Shown: positions 18,036 to 27,920 of the stretch, piece by piece
Position numbering within the stretch: position 1 is the stretch's first letter
How the letters are laid out: every line of letters begins with the position of its first letter
Virus record (IMG/VR): IMGVR_UViG_3300049846_000848
Coordinates: 1 to 64,000 of that record
DNA length: 64,000 nt
Origin: a virus
Direction: 5' to 3' (one strand)
The notes under the pieces: generated by a model
Told to the model about the DNA's origin: nothing
Database searches by the model: none
What the model saw: the letters and a program-made list of their open reading frames with translations, nothing else
Translations under genes and position numbers: made by a program

Positions 18036-19362
18036 GCCCCATGATGGGCAGCGAGAAGCCTTATCTCAGATTAAAGCTTGTCGCTCTCAATTCATAACCC
18101 TCTCCTGTGGTAGAGGCTGGGGTAAGACTACCTTCGTAGCCGGAGATCTAGTATTACCGTTCATGTTAGCTAACCCAGGCTGCCAAGTAATGTGGGTAGC
18201 CCCAGTGCTATCTACCGCACGTACCCCAATAGATGAATTCTTTGTACCTAACCTACCTAAGTTTGATGAGCATGGCCGTAAAGTATGGGAATACTTCTGG
18301 CAGAAGAACGAGCTCCACCTATACGTAGGGGATAAGGTATCTAAAATATTCTTTAAATCAGCAGATGCACCTGATTCCATAGTGTCTAAAGGCTACCATC
18401 TAATCGTAGTGGATGAGGCTGCTTTAATTAAACGTGAAGTCTTTGAACAACAAATCATAGGATGCGCCCGTAAAGGTAATCCATTAGTAGTATTGATATC
18501 CACTCCTAGGGGAAAGAATTGGTTCTGGGAGTATTGGCAAAGAGGGCTAAACCCACTAGCTCCTCTATTCGCATCAATACACCAGCCTTATTTTAAGCGA
18601 CCTGATTATCCTAACTTCTTAGTAGAGATGATGAAGGTACTACCCGCAGATGTAGTTAGACAAGAGTACTTTGCGGAGTTTGTTGATAGTGGTGGCCTAG
18701 TATTTAAAGGTTTAACCGAGGTATTATTTGGATCAGCAGTCAACTTTAATACCCCTATTCAATACTGGGTAGATCCAGAATCAGTTATAGACGGCATGGA
18801 TAGTTATATCTTGGGATGGGATTTGGCTAAGCAACAAGACTATAACGTATTCATGGTGATGAATTGTCGCACTAGGAAGGTAGTAGAATACCACCGAGAG
18901 AATCAGACTGATTATAAGATTCTAGTAGCCAAGGCTAAGGAGCTATCCGAGAAGTACAATAATTGCCCTATCATATATGACCATACCGGCGTGGGATCGG
19001 GTGTATCTGACTTCCTATCTGATAGTTTAGAGACTATCCCATACCAGTTTACTAATGAATCTAAGAATGAGCTGATCAATACCCTAATATTATCTATAGG
19101 TAATAAGGAAGTAGGCATACCTAATATAAATACTATACGATCAGAGTTAGAAAGTTTTGAATTCATCTTTACTAGAACAGGTAAACTAAGCTATAATGCT
19201 CCTGCAGGCCAACACGATGATACCGTGATAGCCCTAGCCTTATGTAACCTTTATGCCCGTGAACACTTTGGAAGTGACGTGATACAGCAGATAGAGGATA
19301 GTATTGGATTAAATAAGACAGCTAATAATTTCTATGATTTTATAGAACAGGACGATGATTAG
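18004..19362 (+). CDS. terL: terminase large subunit
   Basis: KPHDGQ, CGRGWGKT, VVDEAA, ISTPRG, QEYFAEF, GWDLAKQQD, HDDTVIALAL. Confidence 0.95.
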   Translation: MSKTTLKINYKPHDGQREALSQIKACRSQFITLSCGRGWGKTTFVAGDLVLPFMLANPGCQVMWVAPVLSTARTPIDEFFVPNLPKFDEHGRKVWEYFWQKNELHLYVGDKVSKIFFKSADAPDSIVSKGYHLIVVDEAALIKREVFEQQIIGCARKGNPLVVLISTPRGKNWFWEYWQRGLNPLAPLFASIHQPYFKRPDYPNFLVEMMKVLPADVVRQEYFAEFVDSGGLVFKGLTEVLFGSAVNFNTPIQYWVDPESVIDGMDSYILGWDLAKQQDYNVFMVMNCRTRKVVEYHRENQTDYKILVAKAKELSEKYNNCPIIYDHTGVGSGVSDFLSDSLETIPYQFTNESKNELINTLILSIGNKEVGIPNINTIRSELESFEFIFTRTGKLSYNAPAGQHDDTVIALALCNLYAREHFGSDVIQQIEDSIGLNKTANNFYDFIEQDDD

Positions 19363-19370
19363 CCTAATAT

Positions 19371-19387
19371 CGTATAATTACTAGAGA
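19371..19387 (+). promoter_or_regulatory. late-promoter motif upstream of portal
   Basis: CGTATAATTACTAGAGA. Confidence 0.75.
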
Positions 19388-19399
19388 GGTTCTATCCCT

Positions 19400-22291
19400 A
19401 TGGGTTTATTCGACTTTTTCAAATCTCGCAAGAATATAGAACCTACTATCAAGGACTTAGCTCAAGAGGTAATCGACCAACTAGAGGTCGACGACGTTAA
19501 ATCTCTGACTGCTTTTGATCCTATAGTAGGGGGTGCTAATAGCATATCATCTGAAAATATATCACTCACTAAGCAGGACGCTCAGCGCCTGTACATATCT
19601 GATATCTGGATCTACTCAGCCATAAACGCCATAGCATCTACTGTATCCTCTATCCCGTTAGTCACTAAAGTTAAGAAAGTTACTCAAGGAAAGGTCAGCT
19701 ACGAGATTAATACCGAGACTGAATTACAAGCCCTAATATCATACCCTAACCCATACTGCAGCATTACTGAGCTCCTAGCTTTAATAGCCATAGATCTAAA
19801 CTCTACGGGAGAAGCATTCCTATACCTTGATGGTATCGGTCGAGGATCTATGTATAAGATGCCTAAGGCTATCTATAGATTGAACCCTGCCATGATAGAG
19901 ACTGTAGAATCAGACAAGGGACCTTTCGTAGACCATTATAAACTGGTTAGCGAATATGGTGAGGTTAGATATAGCCCTAAAGAGATATGTCACATTAGAT
20001 TACCTAATCCATTCTCTAACCTACAAGGGTTATCGCCCCTAGTAGCGGCTTTCCAGAATATCAAGTTAGATAGAATGATAACCGAGCATGAGGTTAACTT
20101 TTATCAAAAAGGGGCTAGACTAGGTGGAGTTCTAACTCATACTAAAGCCCTAACTAAGCAACAACTATCAGCTATCCAGCGATCATTCGAGTCTAACTAT
20201 ACCGGGCATAGGAATACCCACCGTACCTTAGTACTTCCGTCAGGGATGGAATATAAAGTAATCTCTGGTAGTTCTAGTGATTCTCAGACCTTAGAGAAGG
20301 CTAAGTACAACCGTGATGCCATAATCTCTGCGTTAAAAGTACCGCCAATTAAGTTAGGTTTTTTAGAGCAAGCATCCTACTCTAATGCTGAGGTTCAAGA
20401 GAAATTCTATTACTCAGATACTATCCTACCTTTGTTGACTTTAATCCAGAACTCATTGAATTTACACGGGTTTATCACTCCACCTGACTATTCAATCTTA
20501 TTAGAATTTGATACCTCCAACATAACTGCTCTACGTGAAGACTACAATATGCTAGCTGAGACAGCTGAGCGTATGATTAAAGCTGGCTTAACTATAGACG
20601 AAGTCAGAGAAATGATCTGGAAAAAGGAAGCCCTCAATCTTCCTACTACCATGGTACCCTATACTGCTGCTGAAATAGCTGCACTAGAAGCTAAGCGTAA
20701 TCCCCAGCCACCTACTCCATCAGAGGACGTACAACACGAAGTAGATATGCAGCCGGAGGAGAAGTCCCTGGCTACTAAAGAACTACCCTCAGGCGACATG
20801 CCTCACATATCCCAAGATGTAATAGACTCACAGGCTACCTTCCAAGATAGAGTGGCTCAACTAACTTCAGCCTTTATAACTCAGGGCGTACCTCCAGCGG
20901 ATGCTGCTAGGGGGGCCGTAGAACAAGCTATGCAAGAGTATGGCTTACCTGGGGCTACTACTCAACCTCAAACAGAACCTACTCCGGCTCCAGAGAATAT
21001 AGGTGGAACTACTCCTGCACTAACTAAAGAAGAAGTAAAGAAGCCAGAGACTCCAAAGCAAGAACATTGCCATAAGGTAACTATCGGTGAGTTAGTATGT
21101 ACCACCAGCATGTCTGAGCCAGGCCCAGAGCATACTCATATCTTGTTTTATAAAGACCGCAATATAGAATCAAGCAAGCCTATAGCTACCCCAGATGGCC
21201 ATAAGCATACTTACGACCTACCAGATACAGAGTCAGATGCATCTACACAAGAGCACATGAACAATGAAGGTAAGGACGTAAAGGTAGAGCGTCAGCCGGG
21301 GGAGTCTCTAGATGATTGCGTCTCTAGGGCTATTCCTAAGCTATTAGACGAGGGTTATAGCCGTGACCAAGCTGTAGCTATGGCTTATTCAATGTGTGAG
21401 CTACCAAAGAATCAAGACGAGAGTAAAGATATAACTCCTGAGGTCAGTGATCCCTGGACTAACATAGCTCAATCTAAGAAAGAAGCTATGCTAACTGTCT
21501 ACAAGAATTTCCAGGATAAGACCGAGAAACTAGTAACCGAGCGAGAGAAAGAGTTAGGAGAGTTCTTTGCGGGGTATAAAGAGATTATAGTTAAAGGCGT
21601 TAAGCGAGAAGCTAAGCGCCTAGATAAGGCTTGGAAGACCAAAGCCAACGATGATGATGTTCGTAAAATCTTAAATCTAAAAGAACTAGATGCCTATGTC
21701 GCTGCTTGGATAGCTAAGCATCATCCCTCCCTAGCTGAATCAATTAAACAAGGCTATGACAATACTCTTCCAGGTATTACTATAGATTTTACTTTAACTG
21801 ATCCTATAGTCGAAGCCTTGATGAAAGAGATAGAACTAGATCAAGTTAAATTATACGATGAGACTACCCGCAAGCAACTAGCCACTGTACTATCGGAGCA
21901 GTTCGCTAATGGTGCTACAATAACTGAAATAGGTAGGGCTATTAGTAGGAAGTTTGATCAAATCTCTGCAGGCAGAGCCCAGACCATAGCGCGTACAGAG
22001 GTGCTATCCGCCTATAGTGAAGCCGAAGAATTACGTCAAGACGAGATAGAGAAATCATTCCCAGATCAAAAGATTAAGCGTACTTGGATCACCATGCTAG
22101 ATGAATTCGTACGCGATGGGAGCTCTCATCCAGCTAACCACGTAAAATTACATGGAGTGGAGAAACTTAGAGGTAAAGCCTTCGACGATGGATTGTCAAA
22201 ACTAGAATATCCCCGCGATCCATCAGGTGCTGCCGGCTCAGTCATTAACTGTCGCTGCACCCTTCTAAAAGAACTCGTAGGTAAGGAGTAA
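19400..22291 (+). CDS. HK97-type portal fused to a Mu gpF/SPP1 gp7-like head morphogenesis domain
   Basis: portal motifs IYSAINAIA, GEAF, GLSPL, KVPPIKLG, YSNAE; C-terminal RAQTIARTE, KRTWITMLD, YPRDP...INCRC. Confidence 0.9.
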   Translation: MGLFDFFKSRKNIEPTIKDLAQEVIDQLEVDDVKSLTAFDPIVGGANSISSENISLTKQDAQRLYISDIWIYSAINAIASTVSSIPLVTKVKKVTQGKVSYEINTETELQALISYPNPYCSITELLALIAIDLNSTGEAFLYLDGIGRGSMYKMPKAIYRLNPAMIETVESDKGPFVDHYKLVSEYGEVRYSPKEICHIRLPNPFSNLQGLSPLVAAFQNIKLDRMITEHEVNFYQKGARLGGVLTHTKALTKQQLSAIQRSFESNYTGHRNTHRTLVLPSGMEYKVISGSSSDSQTLEKAKYNRDAIISALKVPPIKLGFLEQASYSNAEVQEKFYYSDTILPLLTLIQNSLNLHGFITPPDYSILLEFDTSNITALREDYNMLAETAERMIKAGLTIDEVREMIWKKEALNLPTTMVPYTAAEIAALEAKRNPQPPTPSEDVQHEVDMQPEEKSLATKELPSGDMPHISQDVIDSQATFQDRVAQLTSAFITQGVPPADAARGAVEQAMQEYGLPGATTQPQTEPTPAPENIGGTTPALTKEEVKKPETPKQEHCHKVTIGELVCTTSMSEPGPEHTHILFYKDRNIESSKPIATPDGHKHTYDLPDTESDASTQEHMNNEGKDVKVERQPGESLDDCVSRAIPKLLDEGYSRDQAVAMAYSMCELPKNQDESKDITPEVSDPWTNIAQSKKEAMLTVYKNFQDKTEKLVTEREKELGEFFAGYKEIIVKGVKREAKRLDKAWKTKANDDDVRKILNLKELDAYVAAWIAKHHPSLAESIKQGYDNTLPGITIDFTLTDPIVEALMKEIELDQVKLYDETTRKQLATVLSEQFANGATITEIGRAISRKFDQISAGRAQTIARTEVLSAYSEAEELRQDEIEKSFPDQKIKRTWITMLDEFVRDGSSHPANHVKLHGVEKLRGKAFDDGLSKLEYPRDPSGAAGSVINCRCTLLKELVGKE

Positions 22292-22296
22292 CACAA

Positions 22297-23427
22297 ATGC
22301 AGAAATTAGAATTTAAATGGGCTATTAAAGCCTTAGACTATGAGAAGAAAGCTGCCGGAGGTTCCGGTAAATTAACTATAGAGGGATTCGCATCCACCCC
22401 AGACCGCGACCGTGTAAAAGATATAGTAATCCCACAAGCCTTCCAAAATTACTTGGCTAAATTTTTAGAAACTGGTACAATGTTATTAAATCATGACCCT
22501 TCAACTCCAGTCGGAAGATGGACTGAGGCGAAGGTAACTGATGCTGGCTTATACGTTAAAGGCTTTATATCGGAGACAGAGAAAGATCTCCAAACTAAGA
22601 TCAAGGAAGGTATCTATTCTACATTATCTATTGGTTTTAATACCCTAGAACAAGAATGGAATGCAGCCCTAGAATCTAATGTTATCAAGGAGTTAGAGCT
22701 TCTTGAGGTATCAGTAGTAACTATTCCAGCTAACCCAGAAGCACGATTTCAAGTAGCTGAAGTACAAGCTGGCAAGAGTTTAGAAGTAGATGCAGCTAAA
22801 GCTTTATCTACCGAAGCAGTACTAGGAGCCTTTATTATTGATGAGTTAGCCGATGGTACTACGTATAATTATAAGTACGTACGCGGCTTAGTAGCTAAGT
22901 CCCTAGCAGTAGATGAGAACGAATTAGACCAAGCGTATGTTGCAGTTATCCTAAACGAAGAAGAGGATGCTATGAATATAAAGCAATCAATAAAAGAAAT
23001 TCAAGCACAGCTAGAGACGGAGAAGAAATCCACTACAGTAGAGACTACTGAAGTTAAGGAAACTCCAGTAGCTGAAACTAAGTCAGCTCCCTCACTAGAG
23101 GAATTAGCTGGAATAGTAGCTGGATTAGCTGAACAAATTAAATCTATCGAAGCCTCTATAACTGAGGTTAAATCTCTTGTTACTCAAAAATCTGAAGTCG
23201 TTGAGGAAGCTAAGGCTGCTAAGCCTAAGCAAGGCGAAGACGGATCTATGTGTGAGGAAGAAGAGGATATGATGGACGAGGAAAAAAAGCCTTGTGAAGA
23301 TAAGAAAAAAGAAGAAGTAGCACAAGAGACTAAGTCGCTAGACGAAGAGGAGCAAGCTATCTCTGCGTTAGAGGCAGAATGTCTAGCTCTTGAAAATGAA
23401 ATATTAGAAATTGAATTAGGTAAGTAA
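22297..23427 (+). CDS. HK97-family prohead protease with acidic scaffold-like C-terminus
   Basis: IEGFAST, DRVKD, LLNHD, LSIGF, LLEVSVVTIPANPEA. Confidence 0.92.
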   Translation: MQKLEFKWAIKALDYEKKAAGGSGKLTIEGFASTPDRDRVKDIVIPQAFQNYLAKFLETGTMLLNHDPSTPVGRWTEAKVTDAGLYVKGFISETEKDLQTKIKEGIYSTLSIGFNTLEQEWNAALESNVIKELELLEVSVVTIPANPEARFQVAEVQAGKSLEVDAAKALSTEAVLGAFIIDELADGTTYNYKYVRGLVAKSLAVDENELDQAYVAVILNEEEDAMNIKQSIKEIQAQLETEKKSTTVETTEVKETPVAETKSAPSLEELAGIVAGLAEQIKSIEASITEVKSLVTQKSEVVEEAKAAKPKQGEDGSMCEEEEDMMDEEKKPCEDKKKEEVAQETKSLDEEEQAISALEAECLALENEILEIELGK

Positions 23428-23479
23428 TATAGAACTAACCTGGGACCCAGGTAGTATTAACCACCATAGGAGTATATTT

Positions 23480-24829
23480 ATGGAAAACAAGAAAGAGGCG
23501 CTGGTAGCTCGGCAAGAAGAGCTGATGAAACAAAAGGCAGCCCTCCAGTCGAACACCAAGAGCGAAGTGACTGTTAAATCTGCTCTTAGTGGCTGGGGAG
23601 TAAAGAGCTTTGACGAACTAGTCGGAGTTGCATCACACAAGGAAGACGGTCTATTCGGTGTTAACGTAGCCGACAAGAGATTCGCTTACCTTTCAGCTGA
23701 GAAGCGGGAAGCAGTAAAGAATCTTAAAGAAGCTACTGATATCGCCATTATGGAATCAGTTCTTTTTAAGAGATCAGTAAAAGAAACTCAAGCTTACAAT
23801 ACAATGATTATACCAATCGTTGAAAAAGCTTTCGGTATCTCTTCTGGTAGCGACGGTTTTGAGTGGATTCCTACAGGAGTTTCTACTTCATATATCGATG
23901 AATTTAATTTGGAAAGAAAGGTATCATCTCTTTTTCAAGAGATCCGTATGCCAACTAACCCATTTAAGTTCCCAGTTCTTACTAACGGTGCAGTAGCTCG
24001 TCTTCTTGCCCCAGTAAGCGCTGTATCTCCAAAGCAAAGCTTCGACACTGATTCTACAATCACTTTCGACGCAGTTAAATTGTCTAGCCAGTATCTTCTT
24101 CCAGAAGAACTTAGCGAAGATTCAGCTGTAGCCATCCTCCAAGTTATTCGTCAAGAACTAGTTGAAGGAATGGAAAAGTCAATTGAAATCGCTATCCTTA
24201 ACGGAGATACAACTGGTCCTCACATGGATGCATTCTCTGTACTTGGTACAGGAGCTGCTCCTGCTGCTGATTCTCCTGAAAAAGCTTGGATGGGACTTCG
24301 TAAGAGAGCTTTCGCTGCTGGCGCTGCTGCTCAACACGATGCTGGTGGAGATCGTTTGATTTCTCAAGATATCGTTACTGTTCGTGAGAAGATGGGAAAA
24401 TTCGGAGTTAATCCTCGTGATCTTGCTTTAATCGCTGGTCCTCGTGGATATAATCAACTTATCGACCTAGACGAAGTTACTACTCTTGAGAAGTATGGCC
24501 AATCAGCTACTATCCTCTCTGGAGAATTAGCTCGCGTTTATGGTATCCCAGTCATCGTATCTGAATATATGAGAGAAGATCTTGACGCCACTGGTGTTAA
24601 TATCCTTCTTGCAGACAATAAGATAGCTATGCTTCTTGTTAACCGCCGAAGATTTATGGTAGGCTTACGCCGCGCCCTTCAAATCAGAGTCGAGAAGAAC
24701 AAGACCGACTATGATGCTACTGACCTAGTATCATACGCTCGATACGCTTTCCAAGGTGTATTGAAGGCTGATGGATCTAACTACTCTAGCGAGAGCTCAG
24801 TAGCTATGATTCGTAACATCGGAGCATAA
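23480..24829 (+). CDS. major capsid protein (HK97 fold)
   Basis: position after the protease; GFEWIPT, EELSEDS, AILNGD, VYGIPVIVSE; followed by a terminator. Confidence 0.9.
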   Translation: MENKKEALVARQEELMKQKAALQSNTKSEVTVKSALSGWGVKSFDELVGVASHKEDGLFGVNVADKRFAYLSAEKREAVKNLKEATDIAIMESVLFKRSVKETQAYNTMIIPIVEKAFGISSGSDGFEWIPTGVSTSYIDEFNLERKVSSLFQEIRMPTNPFKFPVLTNGAVARLLAPVSAVSPKQSFDTDSTITFDAVKLSSQYLLPEELSEDSAVAILQVIRQELVEGMEKSIEIAILNGDTTGPHMDAFSVLGTGAAPAADSPEKAWMGLRKRAFAAGAAAQHDAGGDRLISQDIVTVREKMGKFGVNPRDLALIAGPRGYNQLIDLDEVTTLEKYGQSATILSGELARVYGIPVIVSEYMREDLDATGVNILLADNKIAMLLVNRRRFMVGLRRALQIRVEKNKTDYDATDLVSYARYAFQGVLKADGSNYSSESSVAMIRNIGA

Positions 24830-24854
24830 TACTTCGAGGTTAAATTAAATCCCT

Positions 24855-24889
24855 AAGGGGCGGGGCTCATGCCTCGCCCTTTTTATTTT
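24855..24889 (+). terminator. intrinsic terminator after the capsid gene
   Basis: AGGGGCGGGGC-TCAT-GCCTCGCCCTTTTTATTTT. Confidence 0.85.
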
Positions 24890-24899
24890 GGAGGGTGAC

Positions 24900-25136
24900 A
24901 TGAAGTTAAAATCTAAGGTTAAGTGTAAAGGAAAGTATAAAGGTAACATCGATGGCCAGGTAAAGGAAGTATCTGCCGGGGATGAATTCCTTTGTGACCC
25001 ATGGTTAGCTTATAAGCTAATAGCTCACTACCCAGCTATCTTTGAGATCATAGGATCAGAGAGTGTAGGGGAGCTACCTAAAAAGAAGTTTGAAGTAGAA
25101 CAAAACAAGATCTTAGCTGACTACGAGAGTAAATAA
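24900..25136 (+). CDS. small head-associated hypothetical protein
   Basis: track ORF 24888-25136; ATG 24900 preferred because GGAGG precedes it. Confidence 0.65.
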   Translation: MKLKSKVKCKGKYKGNIDGQVKEVSAGDEFLCDPWLAYKLIAHYPAIFEIIGSESVGELPKKKFEVEQNKILADYESK

Positions 25137-25963
25137 TGGCTATAGCAGTAAACCGCCCTAGCTTAAAGTTATTCGAGACTAGACAGATCGTAGACTTTAA
25201 AGCTGGCAGCGGAGCAGGATTCCAAGACTTTACTATCCAAGAAGGTTCTAGGATCATCGTTTCATTGATCGTCCGTAACTTGAGTGGCGGTGGTAGCGTA
25301 GATCTATCTATCGAAAACTCCGGTGACGGAGATAACTGGCTAGAAGTATTAAGCTTTAGCGCCGGAGTTAATGGTATAAGTCAGAAGATCTATTCAGACT
25401 TCCACGGTATATTCCGTATTAACTACATAGTATCTGGATTAGCCGACGTTAAAGTCATAATCACTGTAAGAGATAACTCAGCCTCTACCTTTATTGAGAA
25501 CGCTAATCTATTAGTCGATATAGATCATACTAAAGGCGATTCAGTCCAAGTAGGTGATGGCGAGGATGTATTAGCGGTTAACGACGACGGTTCCATCAAC
25601 GTACAACTAGTAGAGAATGCCAACTCTCGTCATTATATGTTTGCAGATAATACCATCAATCCTAACGTAGACGGTTATGGGTATAAGCAGATAGCCTCTT
25701 ATACCGCAATAGACAGCCTAGACCGCATACGTAAAATGTATGTCCATAGTCAAGGCTCTGCCCAGATTAGAATGCTTATAGACGGGCAAGAGGTACGAGT
25801 AAAGGACGTAGATCCAATGACTTCAGTAGCTGAGATAGTATTTGAAGTACCTAAGCCATTGATAGTAGGAAACGTATTGACGATTCAGGCACGTATAGCA
25901 CCAGAAATAAAGAAGCCTATATTATTTAGGACTATAGCTATCGAAGCTTATAAAGCATCCTAA
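25136..25963 (+). CDS. putative virion structural/decoration protein
   Basis: beta-rich, within the late head cluster; DSVQVGDG...LAVNDDGSINV. Confidence 0.55.
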   Translation: MAIAVNRPSLKLFETRQIVDFKAGSGAGFQDFTIQEGSRIIVSLIVRNLSGGGSVDLSIENSGDGDNWLEVLSFSAGVNGISQKIYSDFHGIFRINYIVSGLADVKVIITVRDNSASTFIENANLLVDIDHTKGDSVQVGDGEDVLAVNDDGSINVQLVENANSRHYMFADNTINPNVDGYGYKQIASYTAIDSLDRIRKMYVHSQGSAQIRMLIDGQEVRVKDVDPMTSVAEIVFEVPKPLIVGNVLTIQARIAPEIKKPILFRTIAIEAYKAS

Positions 25964-25964
25964 C

Positions 25965-25974
25965 CGTATAATTA
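25965..25974 (+). promoter_or_regulatory. late-promoter motif copy
   Basis: CGTATAATTA. Confidence 0.65.
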
Positions 25975-25990
25975 AATAAAGGAATATAGC

Positions 25991-26248
25991 ATGGAAATTA
26001 TAGTAAGCCAAGATGGTACGTCTTTAAAGGTAGTTAAGTCTCTACAAGAAGAGATTGATACCACCAAAGACCCGGAGCTTAAGGCCAAGCTCGAAGCTTT
26101 CCAGCGTGAATTTGTATCGATAAAGGCGCAGGAGCAGGCGTATCGTGAGCTATTAGAGCCAGGTCTTAAACGACTAGGCGATAAGCTCAAGGACTTTAAC
26201 AAAAGCGACTCACCCCCACCTGTACCACCAGAAGCAGTAAAGCCCTAA
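25991..26248 (+). CDS. hypothetical protein
   Basis: 85-aa coiled-coil ORF downstream of the late motif. Confidence 0.6.
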   Translation: MEIIVSQDGTSLKVVKSLQEEIDTTKDPELKAKLEAFQREFVSIKAQEQAYRELLEPGLKRLGDKLKDFNKSDSPPPVPPEAVKP

Positions 26249-26272
26249 TAGGTAGGGCAGTGGGAGGATAAT

Positions 26273-27076
26273 ATGTTTAGTAACACTTCATTTCTAAGGT
26301 TAGCGCAGTACAATTCAGCGCTACCTACTATCACTGACGGAGAGTTTGCACCATTGCAAGTAGACTCTACTGGTAGATTGATAGTATCGCAAGACGTTAA
26401 TGTAACTATCGATGCCTTAGGATTGAACGGAGCCGGTGACGATTCTAACATCCTAATGGTAGGCAGTGAGGATGGTACTGGACTGGGCACTCGTCACGCC
26501 CTAGTAGTTGATACTCTCGGTCGTTTGATCATAAAGATGACCGATGGTACCGATGAACTAGCTATCGTTAAAGAAGGTGACTCACTAGCTGTAGCAGCTG
26601 ATGGAGCCGGAGTAGTTGTTTATGGCGTAGATCCTAGCGGCAACGCTAAGATGATGTCATTCGATGACAACGATAACTTAAAAGTAGTTATTGGGGCTAG
26701 CGGAGCAGCCTCTAACGCCTACAGTGATGTAGCTGTAGACGGTGTAGTAGAATCTATCGGTCAGACTTTCCTAGCCGTAGCTTCTGCTATTACAGTACCT
26801 GCTGGACAAGCTCTTGAGATCTACGGAGCTCACGGAGAAGGCGATAAAGATGCTTACTTTAGAGTAGTACGCAAGACTGCTGGTACAGCTGATGCATTCT
26901 ACTGGGTAGGTCATGCTAAAGATTCTAAAGACTATGAAGTTATGGCCCCAGCTAATTGCCCTCTAGTTATCACTGGTGGAGCTACTATAACAGTAGAACT
27001 ACAAGCTCGTAAGATGCAAGGTGGTACTGACTTGGCTGCTTCTGGTACCTTGTTCGCTCGTTTGATTACGCTTTAA
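26273..27076 (+). CDS. putative virion structural protein (fibre/decoration)
   Basis: Gly/Ala/Val-rich; repeated L-x-VD-S/T-x-GRLI motif; GGAGG RBS; terminator downstream. Confidence 0.6.
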   Translation: MFSNTSFLRLAQYNSALPTITDGEFAPLQVDSTGRLIVSQDVNVTIDALGLNGAGDDSNILMVGSEDGTGLGTRHALVVDTLGRLIIKMTDGTDELAIVKEGDSLAVAADGAGVVVYGVDPSGNAKMMSFDDNDNLKVVIGASGAASNAYSDVAVDGVVESIGQTFLAVASAITVPAGQALEIYGAHGEGDKDAYFRVVRKTAGTADAFYWVGHAKDSKDYEVMAPANCPLVITGGATITVELQARKMQGGTDLAASGTLFARLITL

Positions 27077-27080
27077 TTAT

Positions 27081-27104
27081 AGGGGGCCTAGTGCCCCCTT
27101 CTTT
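27081..27104 (+). terminator. intrinsic terminator
   Basis: AGGGGGC-CTAGT-GCCCCCT-TCTTT. Confidence 0.75.
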
Positions 27105-27119
27105 ACCTAAAGAGTAGGT

Positions 27120-27428
27120 ATGTTTAATGATGTTCAAAATGATCTAGATGTTCAATTTTTAGGAGTACCTGAGGCTAAGACCGTAGGAGTCACCGCAGTA
27201 CGACTAGACACAACCGTATTAGATGCCCGTGAGGGTATCACTCTATTCGCTAATAAGCGAGTCTATATCGGCGTAAGCAACGCCGTCACTACTTCAAATT
27301 ATTACTGGGTACGCTTAGAGAAAGGTACCTTTATAGCATTAGGTCTTAAGGCTGGCGTCCAGGTATGGGCCATCTCTGATTCAGCTTCAGCTGGGGCGGA
27401 CGATGTTATGATAGGACAATTCAAATAA
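27120..27428 (+). CDS. putative small beta-sandwich virion protein
   Basis: VYIGVSNAVTTSN...VWAIS pattern; late cluster. Confidence 0.55.
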   Translation: MFNDVQNDLDVQFLGVPEAKTVGVTAVRLDTTVLDAREGITLFANKRVYIGVSNAVTTSNYYWVRLEKGTFIALGLKAGVQVWAISDSASAGADDVMIGQFK

Positions 27429-27910
27429 TGATACGATGGATTATTCAAGTAGCTAGATCTATCTTCTATGATAAGCTACTTATCCCCACTAACTTAGGCG
27501 ATACGATCCAAGAAGCGATCGACAACCTGTATTTGTTGCAACAAGGTACTGCTACCCCTAACCCATCCTTCGGTAGATCCGGTAACGTGACTCCAAATAC
27601 CTGGTTATACCGTGTAGGATTGATACCTAGTAATAAGACTGGAGTACCCGTAGTATTAACTAATGCTAAGATAACTAAAATACAGATAGGTACTGAAGAC
27701 GTAGCCAATTATAGTTTAGAGATATATGAGCATGAAGGTAACGAAGTAAACCTAACTTATATAACTACTGTCAACGTATCTGGGGTCAGAACCTACGGGT
27801 TATCTACCTCACTAAATGTAACCACAGGAAGACAACTAGCTGTAATGGTTAAAACAGGTAGCCCTAAGAATATTGGAGTAGATCTAGTCTTAAAGGGTGG
27901 AGTAGTTTAA
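27428..27910 (+). CDS. putative virion protein
   Basis: TIQEAID fibre-like motif and beta-rich C-terminus. Confidence 0.5.
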   Translation: MIRWIIQVARSIFYDKLLIPTNLGDTIQEAIDNLYLLQQGTATPNPSFGRSGNVTPNTWLYRVGLIPSNKTGVPVVLTNAKITKIQIGTEDVANYSLEIYEHEGNEVNLTYITTVNVSGVRTYGLSTSLNVTTGRQLAVMVKTGSPKNIGVDLVLKGGVV

Positions 27911-27920
27911 GGATGATTAT

